Positions 10,101-18,047 of a DNA stretch of 64,000 nucleotides are shown here, piece after piece. Both the position numbers and the translations under genes were made by a program. The notes beneath the pieces are model-generated. The model had not been told where the DNA came from. It saw only the letters and a program-made list of their open reading frames with translations, and did not search any database. This DNA comes from Victivallaceae bacterium. GTDB lineage: Bacteria > Verrucomicrobiota > Lentisphaeria > Victivallales > Victivallaceae. The stretch spans positions 7,451-71,450 of the forward strand of contig JAVBQJ010000071.1 in assembly GCA_031549115.1 (NCBI GenBank). Reading direction: 5' to 3'. Position 1 is the stretch's first letter. Each line of letters begins with the position of its first letter.

Positions 10101-10317
10101 CGGCCGCACTCCCATCCGGTTGGGAGTGCGGACGGGCCCTTGCATTTTACCCGATATGGTGTTATCTTTTTATTTCATAAGCAATGAAACACCAAGGATA
10201 CGGGAGATCTTTTCATGGAGTTTACTCTTTGGAGTGAGGCGGGCGCGGCAATCGGTTCGGTGGCGGCGAACGGCACGGTGGGGCGCGATGTGCTCGACCG
10301 CGCCGGGGCGGTGTTGA
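7159..10317 (+). CDS. Large secreted lectin-like/TIM-barrel protein, cassette copy 2; annotated ORF carries an ~80-aa C-terminal read-through extension (probable lost stop)
   Basis: Signal peptide LLVLLIGAGVYAASE. Collinear with 3020..5971 up to ...LLRDGYLVDE at 10070. Copy 1 then has a stop, but copy 2 continues through a G-run (gtggggggtgg) and a terminator-like hairpin (10097..10139), and overlaps the next gene. The functional end is probably near 10070-10080. Confidence 0.7.
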   Translation: MSKLRFWYGLLVLLIGAGVYAASESQSWQENFDSIDTKRWKVIPASAEIVPTDQLSAANRALKLNPALGQHYMTTSDKFIDGSCEIRFKAKRPSSGELFYYIGFHAYEPWVKALCWIMIQGDTVSFGVKTPDGVSRSEKLADLTDGWHTLKLHYSSDAISAEWDGEKTLTYDDPALYSSEPMPFFIGAYTVEGTKDPAELMVDYLKVTGGKPAAIMAPRTLTDAEKMVIGVDSVVAAQLPGERYAIALDGGMHWQSIDADGTEMLAPDFFAPVFGARIDGKNVFSHQFEVTGVKRSGDAFAVELLYPESATAATVSGAVKDGRFRLDLQLRNDDKQEHRLQPVFPVVGSLAVGGDFAGTEYFFPWRGGVLGDNTAYFSTEYGGLGWTQLMFVLDPASGRGLYFYPEDASGRFKGMSMIKQLIDTNVDVYHTESVIAEEVPTLDMLENRTGLVMNYYYRTETVAPGVAVEVPETVFGSWRGDWKEPMRLYADWMKSQMQPVEVPRQFRDSFTWGNWHPPAYYDKQAQRYVGRERLAGGEDALQWAFWDDYVEYPADAKIPSLQRYQLGDFEVNRSRGGMETFAAEIARIREVGTRFSVYIDHRFCWRETKTAQKYADAWAVKDPNGKPYGYTSDEDLYMMCFYDADKWVNYMAETCHGLIRDTGMDTIYLDELGIAFPCYNKLHSHYQAGEYPTDPVGLGKAMTLVRNRMKEANPEAALMTEHAGSDYLTQFYDGSWDQTFYMHAFPFTEKYYDDQKICYFRFMFPNFKLSEWGESRDHIRRSFFNGMGWDMGVTDTDLSRTLARVLKENGDAIATLHPEPIVPTGNPGLLANRFDAPGKVVYTYYNNSEAPLTAGVSEAAPFAGHYVELRHDVMLDSPAVAVPAGEVAAVALYPELLKLEADGNSRRITAPAAPNQELVICEGVDDSHFLPPRGTWTRIDFASGEAAYAPRDTNAKLIVKLLRDGYLVDEVGGGRQRLGGPGRTPIRLGVRTGPCILPDMVLSFYFISNETPRIREIFSWSLLFGVRRARQSVRWRRTARWGAMCSTAPGRC
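10097..10139 (+). terminator. Terminator-like hairpin downstream of the conserved end of cassette gene 2
   Basis: gggcccggccgcactccca-tccggt-tgggagtgcggacgggccc (about a 17-bp stem) followed by ttgcatttta. Confidence 0.5.
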
Positions 10318-11831
10318 CGATCAAAGGTTTTGTCCCCTATATCGACGCGGCCGGCTATTGGCACAGCGATCTGGAACGGTTGGCGCCAATGGAGCTGCCG
10401 TGGGTGATCGAGTTCACTTGCGGCGCCAACCGCAGTTTCCCATTCTGGTGTCTGTATAACCAGTCCTATCGCAACTGCGCGGCGGTCGGGTTGACCGATT
10501 GCTTCGACGACTGCCGGGTGCGGGCGAAAATGAATCAGGAAGCCGGTGGCTACGAGCTTTCGTTTGCGCTGTCGGTGGCGCCGGAAACTGAAGCGTTCCG
10601 GGTCTGGGTCGACGCACGGCCGGTTCCGTTTCCGCAGGCGGTGGCCGGGTTTCGGCACGAACTGCTGCCGGCGGCGCCGAAGTACCCCGAAGGGGCGTGG
10701 AATCCGGTTTATTGCACCTGGTACGCGGTGCATACGGTGTTGTCGGAGGCGTATCTGGAGGAGAATGCCCGGATTGCCCGGAAGCTAGGCTTCGGTACCT
10801 TTATCGTCGACGACGGCTGGTGTCTGGACGACAGCAAGCGGGTGACGCCGGCGACCCTGCCGACCTGGTACGAATGGATCGGCGACTGGAAGCTGTCGGA
10901 GAAGAAATTGCCGCAGATGAAGCGGACCATCGCCAGAGCGCAGGCCGACGGCTGGAATTATATGTTCTGGGTGGCGCCGTTTTTTGTCGGCGACCGCAGC
11001 GAACTGGCGCGGCGGGTATCCGATTATCTGACCGATTCGCACGAAGGACAGCGCTTGCTCGATCCGCAGGATCCGGAGATGGCGCAGTTCACGATGGAGA
11101 GCATCCTGAAGGTTTTCCGCGACCTCGAGCTCGACGGGTTGAAAATCGACTTCATCGACATCATCCAGCCGGATGAAAAGCGGCCGCGCAGCCGGGCGGC
11201 GTTCCGCTATGCCGAAGAGCTGGTGCGGCGGATCCGGGAGGTCAAGCCGGAGGCGCTGATCGAATTCCGGCAGAATTACGGCACGCCGGTGATGGCGGGG
11301 CTGGCGACGGCGTTCCGCGCCGGCGACGTGCCGTTCGATTATGTCGAAAACTTCGAACGCTGCGTGCAACTGCGGCTGCTGTTGGGCGACGGCGTGCCGG
11401 TGCATGCCGATCCGGTGTATTTCCGCAACGACGAAACTCCGGTGAACGTGGCGCGGCACATGATGGCGGCGATGGCGGGAGTGCCGATGCTGTCGATGGA
11501 TCTGCGGGAATTGACGGCGGAGCAGTTGACGATCATCGGTAATTATCTGGCGCTCTACCGGAAGCAACAGACGGTGTTGAATTTCGGACATTGGGAGTTC
11601 CGGTTCAGCTTCGGGCATACCCCGTGGGCGCGCTGTAGTCATGAAAGTGGCACGGTGGTATTCGTCTGGGAGCGGGAGTTTCTGGCGCCGGCGCTCGAGG
11701 GCGTGACCGGGTCGGTGACGGTGCTGAACCTGAGCGACGCAGCGCTGTCCATGCCCGGAATGACCGGCTTCGACGCCGCCGGGAAAGCTACCGGTGATGT
11801 CGCCCCCGCCGGCGGGCGCCTGGAGAACTGA
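10215..11831 (+). CDS. Alpha-galactosidase-like glycoside hydrolase (clan GH-D, GH36/GH27-like)
   Basis: Motifs FIVDDGWCLDD and GLKIDFID resemble the DDGW and KxD catalytic regions of GH27/GH36 enzymes. Ribosome-binding site gggagatctttTCATG. 538 aa. Family-level call only. Confidence 0.6.
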   Translation: MEFTLWSEAGAAIGSVAANGTVGRDVLDRAGAVLTIKGFVPYIDAAGYWHSDLERLAPMELPWVIEFTCGANRSFPFWCLYNQSYRNCAAVGLTDCFDDCRVRAKMNQEAGGYELSFALSVAPETEAFRVWVDARPVPFPQAVAGFRHELLPAAPKYPEGAWNPVYCTWYAVHTVLSEAYLEENARIARKLGFGTFIVDDGWCLDDSKRVTPATLPTWYEWIGDWKLSEKKLPQMKRTIARAQADGWNYMFWVAPFFVGDRSELARRVSDYLTDSHEGQRLLDPQDPEMAQFTMESILKVFRDLELDGLKIDFIDIIQPDEKRPRSRAAFRYAEELVRRIREVKPEALIEFRQNYGTPVMAGLATAFRAGDVPFDYVENFERCVQLRLLLGDGVPVHADPVYFRNDETPVNVARHMMAAMAGVPMLSMDLRELTAEQLTIIGNYLALYRKQQTVLNFGHWEFRFSFGHTPWARCSHESGTVVFVWEREFLAPALEGVTGSVTVLNLSDAALSMPGMTGFDAAGKATGDVAPAGGRLEN

Positions 11832-12130
11832 CGGGGGGTGGCGGGGTGGCAAAGACGGGGGGGCCCCCCCGCCCCCACGCCCCCCGGCAGGGTCACCGAC
11901 CCTGCACCTCTGCTCCAGATGCTTTCGGCATCTTCCGCGACCATTTTTTCAGGGAGGAGCGCTTGTTGCCGCGTCAGGCCGGCCAGACCACCCCAAAAGC
12001 CGCCCTCTCTGCCGGCGACACACGTCCGGTCCCTCCGGGGGAAACCCGTCGTTTTGTCCGTTGTCGTCCGTGTCAGTCCGTTGCCGTCCGTTGTTGTGCG
12101 CACACCCGCCGCACCAGCGGCGAATAAAAA
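11832..12130. repeat. GC-rich intergenic element with a G7C7 palindrome, a cagggtcaccgaccctg hairpin and a decamer microsatellite
   Basis: gggggggcccccccg palindrome. Shares ccccccggcagggtcaccgaccctgcacctctgc modules with 5990-6030 and 24430-24460. Four tandem gtccgttg(t/c)c units at 12055..12097. The ORF start at 11794 is an artefactual extension through this element. Confidence 0.5.
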
Positions 12131-12153
12131 ACAAAAAAGCGCAGAGGAAAATC

Positions 12154-12654
12154 ATGAAACGGCTTTTTAACTGGGGAATGATGATTTTGCTGGCGGCATT
12201 GCTGATCGCACCGTACTTCAAGTATGAGCGATTCGGCGAACACACCGACGCCGTCACCGCGACCACCACAGGCGTGGCCGGTGTGTGGAATGGCATGGAC
12301 GGATTGTTGCTGCTCTGTCCGTTGGTCATTGTCCTGTCTTTCAAACTGATCTGGCAATTTCAGGCGTATGTGGAAAGCGTCACGCAAGCGCGGGTCAAAC
12401 CCCGTTATCTCTGGATGCTGCTTCTGGCATTGGGAATGATTCTCCTGAGCCTCCGGCCCTGGACGACCGAGACTTCGAACGTGGAAGCGGTGAACGACGT
12501 CATGATGACGGTCACAGTGCGGCACTCCTACGGGATTCGGAACATCGCCTACTACACACTTTCCGTTTTTGGGCTTTGCTGGATGATGCACTTGCTCCGG
12601 CTGACCCGCACGCTGCTGGTATACCAGGCCGAAAAGCAGAAGAAAAGCGAATAA
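12154..12654 (+). CDS. Small hypothetical membrane protein (about 4 transmembrane helices)
   Basis: ATG at 12154 preceded by gcagaggaaaatc. Hydrophobic segments MMILLAALLIAPYF, LLLLCPLVIVLSF, LWMLLLALGMILLSL, LSVFGLCWMMHLL. Confidence 0.55.
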   Translation: MKRLFNWGMMILLAALLIAPYFKYERFGEHTDAVTATTTGVAGVWNGMDGLLLLCPLVIVLSFKLIWQFQAYVESVTQARVKPRYLWMLLLALGMILLSLRPWTTETSNVEAVNDVMMTVTVRHSYGIRNIAYYTLSVFGLCWMMHLLRLTRTLLVYQAEKQKKSE

Positions 12655-12698
12655 TATTCGCGCATTCGTTTCCTCGTCTCAGAAAAACGCAAAAATCA

Positions 12699-12739
12699 AA
12701 CAGTTTAATATTGACAACTGTTTGTGGTGTGCTATATTC
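12699..12739 (+). promoter_or_regulatory. Promoter (TTGACA, 17-nt spacer, TATATT) overlapped by palindrome AACAGTTtaatattgacAACTGTT; likely MarR autoregulatory operator
   Basis: -35 at 12711..12716 and -10 at 12734..12739. Perfect 7-bp inverted repeat 12699..12722 spans the -35. Confidence 0.55.
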
Positions 12740-12770
12740 TCTCTTGCGAAGCGGCGAAAGGAGCTTGACG

Positions 12771-13244
12771 ATGGAACATGATGTTATGACGTTCATGAAT
12801 TTGTACGAAGTTTTCGGATACATTCAGGGACAGGCATGGAGTTTGCTCCCGAAAGAGGGCAACCGTGAGATCGACGCGTTGAACAATCGCCAGATCAAGG
12901 CGATGATGCTTATCTACATGCGCGATGCCGCACGAAAGGAGCCGCTGACACTGAGCGGACTGGCGGGGTTTTTGAACCTGAAAAAAGCGGCGGCTTCGCT
13001 TCTGGTCTCCGATCTGGCGCAGAAGCAGCTGGTCGACCGGACGATCGACCCGATCAATCGCCGCTTTATTCGGATCACGCTGGCCGCCAAGGGGCGGAAA
13101 ATCGGCAATGCCGTTTCCGCGCAGGCGGCGGCGCATGCCGCCGGACTGCTCGACTGCCTGACGCCGGAAGAACGTTCGGCTTTCGTGGTGGGCGCGGATA
13201 AAATCTACAATCGTTATGCGGAAGCCGCGGGAGGTGCCGAATGA
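12771..13244 (+). CDS. MarR family transcriptional regulator
   Basis: 157 aa. Winged-helix region LSGLAGFLNLKKAAASLLVSDLAQKQLVDRTIDPINRRFIRITLAAKGRK. Ribosome-binding site aaggagcttgacgATG. First gene of the efflux operon. The ORF track start at 12285 runs through the promoter and is unlikely. Confidence 0.8.
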   Translation: MEHDVMTFMNLYEVFGYIQGQAWSLLPKEGNREIDALNNRQIKAMMLIYMRDAARKEPLTLSGLAGFLNLKKAAASLLVSDLAQKQLVDRTIDPINRRFIRITLAAKGRKIGNAVSAQAAAHAAGLLDCLTPEERSAFVVGADKIYNRYAEAAGGAE

Positions 13245-14281
13245 AAAAGATACTGTTGCTCCTGCTCCCGCTGCTGCTGCTCGCCGGCGCCGCCTGGTTT
13301 TTCCGCGCCGAAATCGAAGCATGGGTTGCGCCATCTGAACAGGAACTCGTTCTCTTCGGCAATGTCGATGACCGGCAGCTCAATTTGTCGTTCATGATTT
13401 CGGAACGGATCGCCGAGCTGATCCCGGAGGAGGGCAGCACGGTCAAAAAGGGGGATCTGCTCGGTTCCCTCGAAACGGTCCGCCTCACGAATGATATCGC
13501 CGCCACCCGGGCCGATATTGCCGCCCGCAAAGCCGCGGTGGCTGCCGCGCAAGCGGCCTGCGAGAAAGCCATGAACGGTTTCCGGCAGGAAGACATCGCC
13601 ATGGCGCGCGCCGGCAGTGCCGCCGTGGAGGCGAAAATAAAGGCGGCGGAATCCGATTACAAGCGGCAGAAAACCTTGCTCGACCGCAGCGCTGTGTCGG
13701 CGCAAACCGCCGAGGTGGCCGAAGCCGAATATCTGTTCCTCAAGGGCGGTCTCCAGGCGGTTCAAAGCTATCTGGCAAAGCTGCTGGCCGGAGAGCGCGC
13801 CGAGGATATCGCGGCGGCCAAGGCCAAGCTGGAGCAGGCGAAAGCCGAATTGGCCGGCGCCGAGGCCGAATTGGCGATCCGGGAGCAGCGCCTCACCGAC
13901 GCCAGCTTGTACGCGCCCCGGGACGGGATCATCCGCAACCGGCTGTTGGAGCCCGGCGAACTGACTTCGCCGGCGACCGCGGTACTGACCATGGCGGTGA
14001 TTTCGCCCAAGTGGATCCGCTGCTACCTGAAAGAGTCGTGGCTCACCAAGGTGAAAGCCGGTGACAAAGCGGTGATCCGGTTCGATGGCGCCGCCACCGA
14101 TTTCGACGGCTGGGTCGGTTTCGTTTCCCCCTCGGCGGAGTTCACGCCGAAGAACATCGAAACTGCGGAATTGCGGACTTCGCTGGTCTATGAGATCCGG
14201 GTGTTTGTCAACGATCCGGAGAATCTGCTGAAGCTCGGCGCCCCGGCAACCGTCGTCTTTCCCGGCGTCATGGTAAAATGA
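13241..14281 (+). CDS. HlyD-family membrane fusion / periplasmic adaptor protein
   Basis: N-terminal membrane anchor, then long coiled-coil regions (AKLEQAKAELAGAEAELAIREQRL). C-terminal beta-domain. ATGA overlap with marR. Confidence 0.8.
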   Translation: MKKILLLLLPLLLLAGAAWFFRAEIEAWVAPSEQELVLFGNVDDRQLNLSFMISERIAELIPEEGSTVKKGDLLGSLETVRLTNDIAATRADIAARKAAVAAAQAACEKAMNGFRQEDIAMARAGSAAVEAKIKAAESDYKRQKTLLDRSAVSAQTAEVAEAEYLFLKGGLQAVQSYLAKLLAGERAEDIAAAKAKLEQAKAELAGAEAELAIREQRLTDASLYAPRDGIIRNRLLEPGELTSPATAVLTMAVISPKWIRCYLKESWLTKVKAGDKAVIRFDGAATDFDGWVGFVSPSAEFTPKNIETAELRTSLVYEIRVFVNDPENLLKLGAPATVVFPGVMVK

Positions 14282-15825
14282 AAATCATCCGCTGCGACAA
14301 CATCGTCAAACGTTTCCGGTTGGGCGGGCAGCCGTTCGAGGCGCTCGCCGGGCTTGGATTCGAATTGAACGCCGGGCAGATCATCGGTCTGCTCGGACCC
14401 GACGGCGCGGGCAAGACGACGCTGCTGCGTATTCTCGCCGGCCTGCTGCGTCCGGACGGCGGCACCGCCTCGGTGTTGGGCTTCGACACCGTCCGGGAAG
14501 CGGCGAAAATTCAGCGCGTCATCGGTTATATGCCGCAGAAATTCGGCCTCTATGCGAACCTGAGCGTGATGGAAAACCTGAAGCTGTACGCCGACTTGCA
14601 CGCGGTGACGCCGGAGCAGCAAAAACAGCGTTTCCCCGCGTTATTGGAAATGACCGACCTGGCGCGCTTCTCCGGCCGGTATTTCGGCAAGCTTTCGGGC
14701 GGAATGAAGCAGAAGCTGGCATTGGCCTGCGCGCTGGTGTCGGAGCCGGATCTGCTGCTGCTCGACGAGCCGACGGTCGGCGTGGATGTGCTTTCGCGCC
14801 GGGAGCTCTGGGCGATCCTGCGGCGAATCGCCGATTCCCGGAATACCTCCGTACTGGTCAGCACCTCCTATCTGGACGAGGCCGATTTTTGCGACCGGCT
14901 GCTGGTGCTGTTTCAGGGAAAAATCATCGCCGAGGGCGCGCCGGACGACATCCGGCAAAAGGCGGCGGGCGCGGTAGCAAAGCCCACCTTCGAGCAGGGA
15001 TTCCAGATGCTGATTTCCGGCTCCGTGCCGCCGCCGCTGGCCCGGAAGGCGCCGCCGGACACCCAGGCAGCAGTGATGATTCACACCCGGGAGCTGGTCA
15101 AACAATTCGGCGATTTCACCGCCGTCGACCATATCTCCTTTGATGTCCGCAAGGGCGAGATATTCGGGCTGCTCGGCGCCAACGGCGCGGGGAAAACGAC
15201 TACGTTCCGGATGCTTTGCGGCCTCGACGCGGCGACTTCGGGGACGGTCGAAATCGCCGGCATCGACTTGCACCGCGCCTCCGGGGAGGCGCGCAACCGG
15301 ATCGGCTTCGTCGCACAGAAGTTCTCGCTTTACGGCGATCTCTCCGTCCGGGAAAATCTCGTGTTTTTCGGTGGCGCCTACGGCCTGTGGGGGGCGGAAT
15401 TGAAAGCGCGTCTGGCCTGGGCGTTGGATGAATTTTCGCTGCACCAGTATGCAAACAGCCAGACCGACAACCTGCCGTTGGGTATCAAACAGCGATTGAG
15501 CATGGCGTGCGCTTTGCTTCACGAGCCGGAAATCCTGTTTCTCGACGAAGCGACCTCGGGGGCCGACCCGATCACCCGGCGCGAATTCTGGCAACGGATC
15601 ATGGATCTGGCCGACCGGGGCGTCGCGGTCATCATCACTACCCATTTCCTCGACGAGGCCGAATATTGCGACCGGATGATCATCATGCAGGACGGGAAGG
15701 CCGTCGCCGGCGGTTCGGCGCCGGAGATCCGCCGCGCCGGAACTCCGGCCGGAGCGGACGAGGTCACGCTGGAGGAGGCTTTCGTCAACATCATCCGCTC
15801 CTCCCGGCAGGAGGTGCGCCGATGA
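14278..15825 (+). CDS. ABC transporter ATP-binding protein with two fused ATPase domains
   Basis: Two Walker A motifs (GPDGAGKTT; GANGAGKTT). Two ABC signatures (LSGGMKQKLALA; LPLGIKQRLSMA). Two Walker B motifs (LLLLDEPT; ILFLDEAT). Confidence 0.9.
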   Translation: MKIIRCDNIVKRFRLGGQPFEALAGLGFELNAGQIIGLLGPDGAGKTTLLRILAGLLRPDGGTASVLGFDTVREAAKIQRVIGYMPQKFGLYANLSVMENLKLYADLHAVTPEQQKQRFPALLEMTDLARFSGRYFGKLSGGMKQKLALACALVSEPDLLLLDEPTVGVDVLSRRELWAILRRIADSRNTSVLVSTSYLDEADFCDRLLVLFQGKIIAEGAPDDIRQKAAGAVAKPTFEQGFQMLISGSVPPPLARKAPPDTQAAVMIHTRELVKQFGDFTAVDHISFDVRKGEIFGLLGANGAGKTTTFRMLCGLDAATSGTVEIAGIDLHRASGEARNRIGFVAQKFSLYGDLSVRENLVFFGGAYGLWGAELKARLAWALDEFSLHQYANSQTDNLPLGIKQRLSMACALLHEPEILFLDEATSGADPITRREFWQRIMDLADRGVAVIITTHFLDEAEYCDRMIIMQDGKAVAGGSAPEIRRAGTPAGADEVTLEEAFVNIIRSSRQEVRR

Positions 15826-16922
15826 ATATCAAACGCCTGTGTTCGCTGGCGGCCAAAGAGCGCAAACAGATGCTGCGGGATTCCTCCAATATCGCGATCG
15901 GCATCATCCTGCCGGTGATGCTGCTGTGGATTTTCGGCTACGGCATGTCGATGGACGTCCGCAACATCCGGCTGGCCATCGTGCTGCAGGAACCCTCCGA
16001 AATCGGAACCGCCATCGTCGCGCGTTACCGGAATTCCGAATATTTCCGCGTGCAGCAGTTCCATGGTTCGGAGGAGGGCGTCGAGGCGGTGAAGCGGCAC
16101 GCCGCCGATGCGTGCCTGTTTCTGCCGTCCAATCTGTCGCGGAAGCTGCAATCGGGCGATCTCACGATCCTGATCGGGGTGAATGCCTCCAATGCTTCGG
16201 AGGCGCGGATGTATGAGAATTATATCCAACAGGTGCTGGCGGCGGCGTTGGCCGATGCCGGCGGCGGGCAATTCCCCGGCGTCCGGATCGTCAACCGGAT
16301 GTGGTTCAACGACGCCAACGAAAGCAGCTACTATATGATCCCCGGCGTGATCGTCGTGATTATGGCGCTGATCGGCTGTATGCTGACTTCGCTGCAGATG
16401 GCGAAGGAGTACGAGCACGGCAACATGGAGAGCATGTTCGTGACCCCGATGACCAGCGGCGAGATTCTGCTGGCGAAAATGGCCAACAACTATCTCCTCG
16501 GGATGATCGGGCTGGGCATTTCGCTCGTGTTCGCGCGCTATCTCTTCGGTGTGCCGATCCGGGGCAGTTTGCTGATTCTGCTGCTGGGGTCGTCGGTTTT
16601 CCTGCTGCTGCAAATGGCGGTGGGGTTGTTGATTTCCAGTGTAACCAAGAGTCAGTTCCTGGCCAGCCAGATCGCGATGATCGTCTCGTTCATGCCGGTG
16701 TTTCTGCTGTCGGGTTTTCTGTATGAGATTCCGAATATGCCGGTGTTTCTGCAATATTTCACCTATTTGATTCCGGCGCGTTATTTCGTCGACTTCCTGC
16801 AGACGATTTTCCTGGTCGGAAACGTCTGGAGCAACATCGTCAGGAACCTGGCGGTGATGGGCGGCATCACCGTTGTGCTGCTGCTGCTGGCCAAGCTGAA
16901 AAACCCGAAGCTGTTGACGTGA
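15822..16922 (+). CDS. ABC-2 type transporter permease
   Basis: ATG at 15822 overlaps the upstream stop (ATGA). Six-transmembrane ABC-2 topology. The ORF track start at 15507 lies inside the ATPase gene. Confidence 0.8.
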   Translation: MNIKRLCSLAAKERKQMLRDSSNIAIGIILPVMLLWIFGYGMSMDVRNIRLAIVLQEPSEIGTAIVARYRNSEYFRVQQFHGSEEGVEAVKRHAADACLFLPSNLSRKLQSGDLTILIGVNASNASEARMYENYIQQVLAAALADAGGGQFPGVRIVNRMWFNDANESSYYMIPGVIVVIMALIGCMLTSLQMAKEYEHGNMESMFVTPMTSGEILLAKMANNYLLGMIGLGISLVFARYLFGVPIRGSLLILLLGSSVFLLLQMAVGLLISSVTKSQFLASQIAMIVSFMPVFLLSGFLYEIPNMPVFLQYFTYLIPARYFVDFLQTIFLVGNVWSNIVRNLAVMGGITVVLLLLAKLKNPKLLT

Positions 16923-16932
16923 GGGAAGTAAA

Positions 16933-18042
16933 ATGAAAAAAATCCGCCGCTTTCTGGCGCTGTTGAAAAAAGAGTTCATCCAGCTGCTGAAGAATCCGAA
17001 GACCCGGATTTCCGTGTTCCTGCCGCCGGTGCTCCAGCTTTTTTTGCTGGGGTATGCGGCGACCATGGACCTGAAAGACGTGCCGCTGGGCGTGCTCGAC
17101 CACGCCAGAACCCAGGAGTCGCGAAATTTGATCGCCAAATTCGCCGGCAACAACGTTTTTCACTTGCAGCCGCCGCTGGCTTCGGAACTGGATATGCAAA
17201 AGCGGATCGACGAGCGCGAAATCAAATTGGCGTTGATCATCCCGGAGGACTTCTCCCGCGACTTGAACCGCCGGCAATCTCCCGCCGTCCAGGTCATCGC
17301 CGACGGCCGCAACTCCTCCTCGGCGGGAATCGCACTCGGGTACGCCAACAGCGTGATCACGCAGTTCAACCGCCAGTATTACCCGGAAACCGCTTCGCGG
17401 GTGCAAATTCTGACGCGGGGCTGGTTCAACCCGAACTACAGCGCGCAATACTTCATGATCCCGTCGCTGCTGGCCATCCTGACGCTGCTGGCGCTGACGC
17501 TGCTGGTGGCGCTGTCGTTCGCCCGGGAGCGCGAAGCCGGAACCATGGACCAACTGCTGCTGACGCCGTATTCCCCCATCGAGCTATTGAGTGCGAAGGG
17601 GTTGGCGTCAGTATTCATCGGCATGGCGCAGTTGACCTTTTGCATGGTGTTCGTTCGCTATTGGTTCCGGATTCCTTACGTCAGCGACTATTGGCTGCTG
17701 TATGTGTTGTTCCTGACCTTCCTGATGGCGGCGGTCGGAATCGGGCTGGCGATCTCGGTTTTCTGCTCCAGTCTCCAGCAGGCGATGATCTGGACCTTCA
17801 TCGTCGCCATTCCCTGCGCCATGCTCTCCGGCATGGCCACGCCCATCGGCAGCATGCCGGATATCATTCAAAAAGCCACGCTGCTCAATCCCGTCCGCTG
17901 GAGCATCGAAGCGCTGCACCGGCTCTTCCTCGAGGGGGCGTCATTCACGGATATCCTGCCGGTCTACCTGATTCTGGGCGGCATCGGGGCAACGACCTTC
18001 GCTTTTGCCTGCGCCGCGCTCATCTGGCAACGGCGGCATTGA
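16933..18042 (+). CDS. ABC-2 type transporter permease (second)
   Basis: Paralogous organisation to the previous gene. Ribosome-binding site gagggaagtaaaATG. Confidence 0.8.
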   Translation: MKKIRRFLALLKKEFIQLLKNPKTRISVFLPPVLQLFLLGYAATMDLKDVPLGVLDHARTQESRNLIAKFAGNNVFHLQPPLASELDMQKRIDEREIKLALIIPEDFSRDLNRRQSPAVQVIADGRNSSSAGIALGYANSVITQFNRQYYPETASRVQILTRGWFNPNYSAQYFMIPSLLAILTLLALTLLVALSFAREREAGTMDQLLLTPYSPIELLSAKGLASVFIGMAQLTFCMVFVRYWFRIPYVSDYWLLYVLFLTFLMAAVGIGLAISVFCSSLQQAMIWTFIVAIPCAMLSGMATPIGSMPDIIQKATLLNPVRWSIEALHRLFLEGASFTDILPVYLILGGIGATTFAFACAALIWQRRH

Positions 18043-18047
18043 AAAAA

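Noticed and set aside
11794-12153. Upstream extension of ORF 11794..12654 (and similar long 5' extensions at 12285, 15507, 21573, 25932, 33181, 37895, 38662, 53600, 57265, 58914, 63289)
   Set aside because: The extensions run through intergenic repeats, promoters or upstream genes. Internal ATGs with ribosome-binding sites and signal peptides or conserved N-termini are better starts.
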